Source: an uncultured Pelagibacteraceae bacterium
GTDB taxonomy: Bacteria > Pseudomonadota > Alphaproteobacteria > Pelagibacterales > Pelagibacteraceae
Reading direction: 5' to 3'
DNA: 64,000 nucleotides
Assembly: GCA_902523515.1 (NCBI GenBank)
Contig: CABYZT010000003.1
Coordinates: 4,368 to 68,367 of the forward strand
This document shows, one piece after another, positions 42,731 through 50,748 of the stretch; the stretch's first letter is position 1, and every line of letters starts with the position of its first letter. The notes below the pieces were generated by a model. It was not told the origin of the DNA and did no database searches. It was given only the letters and a program-made list of their open reading frames with translations. The translations under genes were made by a program, and so were the position numbers.

Positions 42731-42791
42731 TGCGGATAATTAAAATTTGATTGAAAATAATTCGCATTAAGACTCATCAATTTAAGCAAAA

Positions 42792-42829
42792 AACTATACC
42801 CCAAACTATACCAAGTTGAGATAAATCAA
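42792..42829. repeat. 38-bp structured site, copy 1 (two ACTATACC at 12-bp period + TTGA-N6-TCAA)
   Basis: AACTATACCCCAAACTATACCAAGTTGAGATAAATCAA; 33/38 identical to 44407-44444; palindrome extends to AAGTTGA-gataaa-TCAACTT. Confidence 0.9.
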
Positions 42830-42844
42830 CTTAATATAATATCT

Positions 42845-43297
42845 TTATTCTACTCGTGAATATTCTGATTTAACTCTACGTAAAGGTATGGAGGTTTCAA
42901 CTGAAGAAACACCATCTATTACAGTAAGTTTTTTTGTTAAAAAATCTTCAAATTCCTCAACGTCTTTAACCGCAATTCTAATTAAGTAATCCTTAGCACC
43001 TGTCATTAACCAACATTCAACAACTTCAGGAAAATTTAAAATTTTTTTCTCAAATTTATCAAAATTTTTTGATTGTTGTTTTTCTAAGCTTATAAATATA
43101 AATGCAGGAAATTTGTAACCAAGTGAAGTTTCATCAATATTTATTGAATAATTTTTAATTATATTGTTTTCTTCTAATTGGTTTATTCTTCTTGCGGTAG
43201 GAGCAATACTTAAATTTATTTTCTCACTAATATTTTGAAGTGTAGTTTTGCTGTTATTTTTAAGTATTTTTACAATCTTTTTATCAACTTCATCCAT
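42845..43297 (-). CDS. Lrp/AsnC-family transcriptional regulator
   Basis: MDEVDKKIVKILK...HTH...RRINQLEENNIIKNY; PEVVECWLMTGAKDYLIR. Confidence 0.93.
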   Translation of the reverse strand: MDEVDKKIVKILKNNSKTTLQNISEKINLSIAPTARRINQLEENNIIKNYSINIDETSLGYKFPAFIFISLEKQQSKNFDKFEKKILNFPEVVECWLMTGAKDYLIRIAVKDVEEFEDFLTKKLTVIDGVSSVETSIPLRRVKSEYSRVE

Positions 43298-43414
43298 ATT
43301 TTTAATAAATTTTATTAATATTTATAAAATATCTTATAAAATTTACTAATATTCAACTATAAATTAGTAATAATAGAGAAAATTTATTTTTAATTTCATG
43401 TAATTAATAATTAT

Positions 43415-44383
43415 ATGAATAAATCTAAATCATTTGATCCAATCTGGGTTCCAATTATTTCTCAATATCAAAACACAAAAAATTTAGAGCTAGATGAAAA
43501 GCTTATTCAAAAACATATCAATTGGTTAGACCCACATGTAAAACAATTCTTGGTATGCGGAACTACAGGAGATGGATGGAATTTAACTGATAAATTAATT
43601 TTAAATTGGTTAGATATATTAAATGATAACTCTTTAATCAAAAAAGATAACAAAATATTATTTGGAGCATTTGGAAAAACAACAGAAGATGTTCTAAGAC
43701 GTGCAGATATCATAGAAAGACATATAGATAAAAATGGATCATCTGCAGGTTTTTTTGGATTAACTTTATGTGCTCCCGTTGACGAAAACATCAAACAAGA
43801 AGGAATTATTTCACATTTTAAGCTTATCATTGAAAATACACATTTACCAATTTCTATCTATCAATTACCTCAAGTAGTAAAATGTAAAATTGAACCTGAA
43901 ACATTAAAAATATTAAAAGATAATTTTCAAGACAGAATTCAATTATTTAAGGATACTAGTGGTGAAGATGATGTTGTGAATTCTAGAATTAATTTTAATG
44001 ATTTAATATTTTTAAGAGGAGCAGAAGAAAATTATTTTGATCATTTAAAACCTAATGGGAAATATGATGGATTTTTATTAAGCTCAGCAAATTGTTTTGG
44101 TAAAATTTTAAGAGAAATTTATAATAATGTAGCAAAGGGTAATTTTAAAGATGCAGAAAAAATGTCTGAGGAACTAAGCGATATAATTAGAATTTCATTC
44201 TCAGAAGGTCAAAAACTAGATTTTGGAAACCCTTTTTCTAATGTAAATAAAGCATTTGCTCATGTCTTAATTAATAAAGATAATCTTAGTTGCAAAACAT
44301 GTTTTGACAGAAATATACCTAATGAATTTTTAAATGATATGTTTCTATTGCTATCTAAATATAACTTAAGAAAATCCTTATAG
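43415..44383 (+). CDS. DHDPS/NAL-family class I aldolase-like protein (divergent)
   Basis: CGTTGDG, PISIYQLP, FKDTSG with the Schiff-base Lys. Confidence 0.82.
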   Translation: MNKSKSFDPIWVPIISQYQNTKNLELDEKLIQKHINWLDPHVKQFLVCGTTGDGWNLTDKLILNWLDILNDNSLIKKDNKILFGAFGKTTEDVLRRADIIERHIDKNGSSAGFFGLTLCAPVDENIKQEGIISHFKLIIENTHLPISIYQLPQVVKCKIEPETLKILKDNFQDRIQLFKDTSGEDDVVNSRINFNDLIFLRGAEENYFDHLKPNGKYDGFLLSSANCFGKILREIYNNVAKGNFKDAEKMSEELSDIIRISFSEGQKLDFGNPFSNVNKAFAHVLINKDNLSCKTCFDRNIPNEFLNDMFLLLSKYNLRKSL

Positions 44384-44406
44384 GAATTTGTAAAATTTTG
44401 TGGGAT

Positions 44407-44444
44407 AACTATACCCAGGACTATACCAGATTGAGATAAATCAA
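44407..44444. repeat. 38-bp structured site, copy 2 (direct orientation)
   Basis: AACTATACCCAGGACTATACCAGATTGAGATAAATCAA, ending 13 bp before the restored ORF start. Confidence 0.9.
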
Positions 44445-44457
44445 GGTTTGAAGTAGT

Positions 44458-44685
44458 ATGAATAAAGAAAACGCAAGTAAACTGTGGAAAATCATACAGG
44501 AAGCTGGCGATTATTTGGTAGGACAATTACCGGACCATCCAAATCATCCTAAGGGAAGAAACCCATATGCTCATGTTGCCATTTGTGTAAAAAGTAAATT
44601 CAATGCAAGCTACAAAGATATCCCTGATGAAAAATATAATGACGTTATTGAATATATTGAATTTTTAAAACAAAATCCAAGTTAA
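44458..44685 (+). CDS. Small hypothetical protein (75 aa); intact target gene of the islet; C-terminus resembles the ORF6C domain
   Basis: Synonymous-only divergence from the 42616 copy indicates coding constraint; FNASYKDIPDEKYNDVIEYI. Confidence 0.82.
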   Translation: MNKENASKLWKIIQEAGDYLVGQLPDHPNHPKGRNPYAHVAICVKSKFNASYKDIPDEKYNDVIEYIEFLKQNPS

Positions 44686-45801
44686 TTATTGTTTTGGAAA
44701 ATAATCTTTTAGCTCACCTTCTCGGTAAACATCAGCTGTACAACAGTGTAGACCTCCGCCAAAAGCATAAGCATCTCTAAGTTCTACTGGTATAACTTCC
44801 ATTCCTAATTTATCCAGCTGTTCAGCTTGATATGTTTCACTTTTTTCCACACATACAGTCTTAGGGTCTAATACTAAAACATTCATTGATAGCCACGTTG
44901 ATGAATAACATAATGGTGGTGGTTCGTTATGTGCTGGTTGAGCACTATCAACAATTTCCCAACCATTGTCTTCAAATAATTTTCTTTGTTCCTTAGGAAG
45001 TCTTCTTTGTGGGTTATTGATAATTAAACCCTCTTTAATTGGGGTAAAGGTAGCATCAATGTGAATTGGATATGGATCTCCTGGGAAATTTACAGCATGT
45101 ACTCTGTGATCTTTATAGTGTCTCTTTAGCCAATCAATTCCTTTTAAATTAGTTGTAAATCCATGCTGAACAACTAGATCTTTTCCAAATCTCAATACAT
45201 CTGCTGCATCAAACAATGGCTCTTCTTCAGTAGTTACGAAATATTTTTTCTCAGTCCACTCTAATCTTTTTTGAACACCAATTTTATCTGATAAATAATC
45301 TTTTCTGTAATCTGCATCTGTTAATCTTGGCTTTGGAGCAGACTCGTGTCTCATGTTTGGATCTTGATTATAATAATCTTTTAAAAGTGGTCGGTAACAT
45401 AAATATTCAAACCAACGACAACGATAACTCATTGTTGCTTCTAAAATTTCGTTTCCTACTGTCAACAAAACATCTCTTGGAGGCATGCAGCCAAACATGG
45501 TTTCTGCTTCCCAATCAGGTGTAGATGTTTTTTGATTAAAATCTATTGGTGTTGGTCGATCAACTTTAATACCTCTTTTTTCAAGCATGTTTGAAAAGTT
45601 ATTTAATAATTCATTTGCTTTATCGACAGTATCTTTTGTTCTTGGTCCAAACTGACCTCGCATATCACTATCTTCTGGAACTTTTGCATCTAATGCTGGC
45701 TCTGGTGCTGGAATACAAGTTCCATCTGCTCTTCCAACAATTACATGTTTTAACGGATCCCACTCATTCCAACTGTTAACAATAGTTTTATTCTTGCTCA
45801 T
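44686..45801 (-). CDS. Amidinotransferase (arginine:glycine amidinotransferase-like)
   Basis: VNSWNEWDPLKHVIVGRA, MPPRD; Asp/His/Cys triad in FDAAD, HIDATF, GGGLHCCT. Confidence 0.88.
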   Translation of the reverse strand: MSKNKTIVNSWNEWDPLKHVIVGRADGTCIPAPEPALDAKVPEDSDMRGQFGPRTKDTVDKANELLNNFSNMLEKRGIKVDRPTPIDFNQKTSTPDWEAETMFGCMPPRDVLLTVGNEILEATMSYRCRWFEYLCYRPLLKDYYNQDPNMRHESAPKPRLTDADYRKDYLSDKIGVQKRLEWTEKKYFVTTEEEPLFDAADVLRFGKDLVVQHGFTTNLKGIDWLKRHYKDHRVHAVNFPGDPYPIHIDATFTPIKEGLIINNPQRRLPKEQRKLFEDNGWEIVDSAQPAHNEPPPLCYSSTWLSMNVLVLDPKTVCVEKSETYQAEQLDKLGMEVIPVELRDAYAFGGGLHCCTADVYREGELKDYFPKQ

Positions 45802-45806
45802 AAAGA

Positions 45807-47024
45807 CTAGTTTTTTATAATATTATGCTCAGGGCCGAAAGGAAATTTTGTAATATTCTCTGCTCCATCTTTGCCAATCACTAAAATATCATGTTCTCTA
45901 TATCCACCTGCACCAGGATTACCCTCTGGAATCATGATCATTGGCTCCATCGACACAACCATATTTTCCTCAAGAACAGTATCAATATCTTCCCTTAATT
46001 CTAAACCAGCTTCTCTTCCATAAAAGTGAGAAAGCATACCAAATGAATGTCCGTAACCAAATGTTCGATACTGAAGATAGCCAAGTTCAGCAAAAAGTTC
46101 GTTAAGCTCATGACAAATATCAGAACACTTCACACCTGGTTTAATTAATTCTAATCCACGCTTATGCACTTTAACATTAGCTTCCCAAGCTTTATGTGAA
46201 GCATCATCAGCATGATCTAAAAATAAAGTTCGCTCCAATGCAGTGTAGTATCCTGATATCATTGGAAAAGTATTTAAAGATAAAATATCTCCTTTAACTA
46301 ATTTTCTATTTGTCTTTGGATTATGAGCTCCATCTGTATTGATACCTGATTGAAACCACACCCAAGTATCCATGTACTCTGCATCTGGATAACTTTTAAC
46401 AATCTCTCTTTCCATTCTATCTCTTGCTGCAATTGCTACTTCTATCTCCGTATTATTTTCTCTAATATTTTTAACTATTTCTTCACCACCAATGTCTGCA
46501 ATTCTTGCACCATTTCTAATGATCTCTATTTCTTCGTTCGATTTAATCATTCTAAGTTTCATTAAATCTTTTGAAACATCACTAAACACAGAAAAAGTAA
46601 AAATAGACCCTATTTTTTCTCGCATATCTAAAGTGACATGATCATTTTCAATTCCAATATTTTTTGGAGGTTCATCTCTTCCAATAATTGAAACAATGGC
46701 CCTTAAAAAATTATCTCTTTTCCAATCGGTATAAATAACGTTATCACAATGGGATCTTCGCCATGGTTGGCTTGCATCAATGTTAGCTGAAATTGTTGAG
46801 ATTTTATTTTGAGTAATCACACATCCGTATGGTCTACCAAAGGAGCAATAAATAAAACCTGTGTAATATGCAACGTTATGCATTGAGGTTAAGATGAGCA
46901 TATCAAGACCATTTTGATCCATCACTGATCTAAGTTTACTTACTCGATCTTTATACTCTTTATCTGTAAATGGTAATTTTACTTTTTCACCATTTTTAAG
47001 TTCAAAAAAATCTGGTCGTTCCAT
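45807..47024 (-). CDS. Creatinase (creatine amidinohydrolase, M24 fold)
   Basis: KNGEKVKLPF, YCSFGRPYG, WFQSGINTDGAHNP, YTALERT, RTFGYGHSFG, SMEPM, GYREHDIL. Confidence 0.92.
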   Translation of the reverse strand: MERPDFFELKNGEKVKLPFTDKEYKDRVSKLRSVMDQNGLDMLILTSMHNVAYYTGFIYCSFGRPYGCVITQNKISTISANIDASQPWRRSHCDNVIYTDWKRDNFLRAIVSIIGRDEPPKNIGIENDHVTLDMREKIGSIFTFSVFSDVSKDLMKLRMIKSNEEIEIIRNGARIADIGGEEIVKNIRENNTEIEVAIAARDRMEREIVKSYPDAEYMDTWVWFQSGINTDGAHNPKTNRKLVKGDILSLNTFPMISGYYTALERTLFLDHADDASHKAWEANVKVHKRGLELIKPGVKCSDICHELNELFAELGYLQYRTFGYGHSFGMLSHFYGREAGLELREDIDTVLEENMVVSMEPMIMIPEGNPGAGGYREHDILVIGKDGAENITKFPFGPEHNIIKN

Positions 47025-47025
47025 A

Positions 47026-47931
47026 TTAATTTAATGCTATATATCTTTTGTTCCATCGCATTATGAGACTATAGTAAAATATAGATACAAATAGGAAAAA
47101 TCCACCGACTATAGTGTTAGTGGATGGTACTTCATTAATTCCAAATAATGGCAGCCAAACCCAAAAAATTCCTCCTACAACTTCAGTTAAAGATAATAGA
47201 GTCAATTCTGCTGCTGGTATTGCTTTAGATCCAATTGAATATAAAATTAACCCAAAACAAACTAAGGTCCCATGCAAAGAAAACAAAGTTCCATTATAGC
47301 TAGATGAAAAGAAAACTAAGTTGTTTGATAAAATCATAATTGTTGCAAACACAAAACAAAAAAAACCTGCGAAAGCTACAGTTGTGAATTTTGGTGTTTC
47401 TTTTCTCCATCTTAAAGTTACAGAAAAAACTGAAAAACCAATAGATGATGTTAATCCAAAAACAAAACCAATTAATGATTTTTCACCAGTATTATCAAGA
47501 GCCATAATGATAATACCAACTGTTGCAATTATGATTGAAATCCAAACATTAAGAGAAATTTTTTCTTTTAAAAATAAAAATGCCAACAATGCAGTAAAAA
47601 AAGGCATTGCTGCTAAACATAATAAAGTAACTGCAGCACTAGTATTTGTAATTGAATAAATAAATGTAATCATAGCGATCCCTAATCCAGATCCACCGAT
47701 TACTCCAGATAAACCTATTTTATAATAGTTTTTGTAAAAATTTTTTCCTTCCTCGAAAAATAAATAAAGATTTAATAAGATGAAAATTGTTAAGCCTCTG
47801 CCAAAAATATACTGCCAAGGTACCAATTGAGGATTATCCATATATCGAACTACTAATGGACCAAACGACCATAATAGACCGGCAAAAAGTACAACAGGGA
47901 TGGCTATTCTTGGATTTCGCAGCTCTAACAT
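47026..47931 (-). CDS. DMT/EamA-family transporter
   Basis: About 10 TM helices, FLKEKI, PAAELTLLSLTEVV; 1 bp upstream of the creatinase gene. Confidence 0.85.
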   Translation of the reverse strand: MLELRNPRIAIPVVLFAGLLWSFGPLVVRYMDNPQLVPWQYIFGRGLTIFILLNLYLFFEEGKNFYKNYYKIGLSGVIGGSGLGIAMITFIYSITNTSAAVTLLCLAAMPFFTALLAFLFLKEKISLNVWISIIIATVGIIIMALDNTGEKSLIGFVFGLTSSIGFSVFSVTLRWRKETPKFTTVAFAGFFCFVFATIMILSNNLVFFSSSYNGTLFSLHGTLVCFGLILYSIGSKAIPAAELTLLSLTEVVGGIFWVWLPLFGINEVPSTNTIVGGFFLFVSIFYYSLIMRWNKRYIALN

Positions 47932-47980
47932 AATGAGAAATCTAATTGTAAATAGAATTTTCTACAACAAAAATACGTTT

Positions 47981-49225
47981 CTAAACTAAATTTTGATTTG
48001 AAAGGTTGGGGAAAAAACAATCAACAATATCTCCTTTTTTAAATTTTGATTTACCAGCCGGTAATAAAACCCAAATATTTGATTTTACAAATGATTTAAT
48101 TCTAAAAGACTCTTGACCTTTTAAAATTTCAACATTTAATTTTCCATTCTTAGTTGTGCTTAATTGACTCTTCACAAATCTTGTGAAATTCTTTTTTTTA
48201 TTAAAACTGTTTATCAAATTAGCTTTAATTGATTTTTCTTCTGACAATCCTAAAGCATTTAAAATATATGGGATTACAAAAAATCTAAAACATGCAGCTG
48301 AGGAGATTGGATTTCCAGGGAGTCCAAATATTGCCTTTTCTTTTGCTTTAATTTTTGCAAACATTATTGGTTTTCCAGGCCTTATTGCAGCACTTTTAAA
48401 ATAGCTTGATAAATTAAATTTTTTAACAACATCAGGTATGAAATCAAACTTACCTGCAGATACTGCGCCTGAAGTAATAATAATATCATCTTTAGATTTA
48501 ATTAATTTATTTATTTTTTGTTTAAAAATATTTTGATGATTATCTCTCAATATACTCCCACTTTTAAAATTAAATAAAAAATTTTGATTTAAGTTTTTTA
48601 TATAGTGTGTATTTGAATTTCTTACCATCCAATTTGGAATATTGTCTTTGTTTGATATTTCGTTTCCAGTTGAAAAAAATAATATATTAATCTTTTTTTT
48701 TACTTTAATTTGTTTAATACCCAAGCTCTTAAAAGCTAAAATATGATTTGGTTGAACAATTGTATTTTTGTTTATTATAACCTCCCCTTTTTTATAATCT
48801 GAACCTGCAAACCTAACGTGATTAAATTTGTTTATTTTTTTGTCAACTAAAACATACTTTTTTTTAGGCGCAAAAATTATTTGTTCTATAGGAATAATTG
48901 TATCAAAACCTTTTGGTATAATTCCCCCAGTCATTATTTCAGCAGTGTCAAATTTTTTTATCTTTTTTTTAAATGGTTTCATTCCTGCAGCAATTGAACC
49001 AATTATTTTAAATTTTTTTGGAAATTTTTTTTTTAATCCATTAGTGTCTTTTGAGTTAATTGCGTACCCATCAAATGCAGCATTGTTCCCCGCTGGATAA
49101 TTTATATTAGAATAAACATTGGTAGAAACTACTCTATTTAGAGAATTTACACTCTTTATAGTTTCATCTTTAATTTTAATTTTTGCTTTTTTTAAAATTG
49201 TCTTTGATTTTTCGTAACTAATCAT
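47981..49225 (-). CDS. moeA: Molybdopterin molybdotransferase
   Basis: NAAFDGYA, IMTGG, STGNEI, TSGAVSAGKFD, IRPGKP, GLPGNPIS. Confidence 0.94.
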   Translation of the reverse strand: MISYEKSKTILKKAKIKIKDETIKSVNSLNRVVSTNVYSNINYPAGNNAAFDGYAINSKDTNGLKKKFPKKFKIIGSIAAGMKPFKKKIKKFDTAEIMTGGIIPKGFDTIIPIEQIIFAPKKKYVLVDKKINKFNHVRFAGSDYKKGEVIINKNTIVQPNHILAFKSLGIKQIKVKKKINILFFSTGNEISNKDNIPNWMVRNSNTHYIKNLNQNFLFNFKSGSILRDNHQNIFKQKINKLIKSKDDIIITSGAVSAGKFDFIPDVVKKFNLSSYFKSAAIRPGKPIMFAKIKAKEKAIFGLPGNPISSAACFRFFVIPYILNALGLSEEKSIKANLINSFNKKKNFTRFVKSQLSTTKNGKLNVEILKGQESFRIKSFVKSNIWVLLPAGKSKFKKGDIVDCFFPNLSNQNLV

Positions 49226-49826
49226 TTTTGAGTATTTCTTCAGCTTTTTTTAAATCTTCTTTTGTATTTATATTAAAGAAAGGATCATTATTTGAAAACT
49301 CCATATTAATTATTTTTACCCCAATATTATTAGCCCATAACTCTACTTTTCTTTCTCCATTGCTTATATCCTTCTCTAACTTATCTAATAAATTAATAGA
49401 CCATAAGCCAAATATATTGTGTCGTGTGTTGTTTGATTTAATGAAAAATAAATCACTTTCATTAAAATTAATATTTTGAATAAAATCTTTAAGTATTTGT
49501 CTCTTAAAAAAAGGTGTATCAACAGGGAAAGTTGCTATCCATTTGTAGTCTTTTCGATTTTCTTTTATCCATTTCATAGCTGATAAAACTCCACCTAACG
49601 GACCAAGACCTTTTTCAAAATCTTCAATTATTGAAATTCTTTCTGAGTTATGAAAACTAATTTTATTATTTGATACTATTAAGAGTTCCTTGAATTCATC
49701 AATAATTTCAGTCAACATGTGATCAATTAACAATTTGCCAGCTAACTTTACTTGGGATTTATCTTCTCCAAACCTTTGTGACTTACCGCCTGCTAGCACA
49801 GTGCCTAAAATATTGTTATGATCCAT
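49218..49826 (-). CDS. mobA: Molybdenum cofactor guanylyltransferase
   Basis: LAGGKSQRFGEDK, GPLGG, PVDTPF, FFNINTKEDL. Confidence 0.94.
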   Translation of the reverse strand: MDHNNILGTVLAGGKSQRFGEDKSQVKLAGKLLIDHMLTEIIDEFKELLIVSNNKISFHNSERISIIEDFEKGLGPLGGVLSAMKWIKENRKDYKWIATFPVDTPFFKRQILKDFIQNINFNESDLFFIKSNNTRHNIFGLWSINLLDKLEKDISNGERKVELWANNIGVKIINMEFSNNDPFFNINTKEDLKKAEEILKND

Positions 49827-49868
49827 CTATAAAATATAAAACATTCAAAGTTGAATTAAAGAAATTAA

Positions 49869-50267
49869 ATGGATTTAAGAATTTTAGAAATAGCGGCCCA
49901 TACTGAAAACAATAAAGTTGTTGAAAACTATACTCATAAGTCAAAACACAAAAACCCATTATGTGGTGATGAGATGGAAATAAGCTTAATTGTTAAAGAA
50001 GATGTCGTAAAAGATATGGGTTATCAGTGTAAATCATGTGTTTATTGTCAGGCATCAGTTAGTCTATTGTCCAGAAAAATTAAGGAAAAAAAAGTTGATG
50101 ATATTAAAAAATTTATAAAAGTTGGTGAGCAACTTTTTGAGGACGCAAAAGTAAGTATGGAAAAACATTGGAAAGATTTTAAAGAAATTTTAGATAAAAA
50201 AAATCTTTCAAGGAAAGAATGTTTGCTTTTACCTTTAAGAACTATTGCGAAAGCATTAAAAATATAA
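49869..50267 (+). CDS. IscU/SufU (NifU_N)-like protein
   Basis: KNPLCGDEM, CKSCVYCQASVS, RKECLLLP. Confidence 0.8.
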   Translation: MDLRILEIAAHTENNKVVENYTHKSKHKNPLCGDEMEISLIVKEDVVKDMGYQCKSCVYCQASVSLLSRKIKEKKVDDIKKFIKVGEQLFEDAKVSMEKHWKDFKEILDKKNLSRKECLLLPLRTIAKALKI

Positions 50268-50744
50268 ATGATCAAAATTACAAAACCATTATTGCAAAAA
50301 GCATTAATTGCAGGTTTTTTTTCAGCACTTACAATTGGTGTTCTAACAGTCCTTACTTATAAAAGTACACTCGGATATTTTATTGCAGCCTCTTTCGGTT
50401 CTTCAATGGTTTTACTATTTGGTTTTCCTGAAAGCCCATTTGCACAACCAAAGAATGTTTTTTTTGGACATTTGGTAACTGCTTTAGTAGGAGTAATTTT
50501 TGTAAACTACATTCCGCTTCCGATTTATATCAGTATTGCAATTGCAGTAGGAGCAGGAGTTTTTTTAATGATTTTATTTAATATTGTTCACCCACCTGCT
50601 GGTGGAAATCCAATTATAGTTATTATTGGAAGTGCTTCTTATGATTATTTAATTAATCCAATAATTTTTGGTTGTATAATTATATTGTTTTTAGCAATTG
50701 TAATTAACAAATATTTATTAAAAAAGAACTATCCACTAAAATAA
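50268..50744 (+). CDS. HPP-family membrane protein
   Basis: ASFGSSMVLLFGFPESPFAQPKNVFFGH, VHPPAGG. Confidence 0.92.
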   Translation: MIKITKPLLQKALIAGFFSALTIGVLTVLTYKSTLGYFIAASFGSSMVLLFGFPESPFAQPKNVFFGHLVTALVGVIFVNYIPLPIYISIAIAVGAGVFLMILFNIVHPPAGGNPIIVIIGSASYDYLINPIIFGCIIILFLAIVINKYLLKKNYPLK

Positions 50745-50748
50745 TTTT

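Larger units (their letters stand above)
42677..44518. mobile_element. Integrase-free genomic islet (~1.84 kb) inserted into a small ORF, carrying an Lrp regulator and a DHDPS-like gene
   Basis: Flanked by the duplicated gene 5' end (54/61 nt identical, all 7 differences synonymous); structured repeats at both ends. Confidence 0.8.

Noticed and set aside
42711-42775. Chromosomal dif site (CGCATAA resembles a XerC arm on the minus strand)
   Set aside because: No XerD arm (TTATGTTAAAT-like) lies 6 bp from either CGCAT motif; kept only as an inverted repeat.
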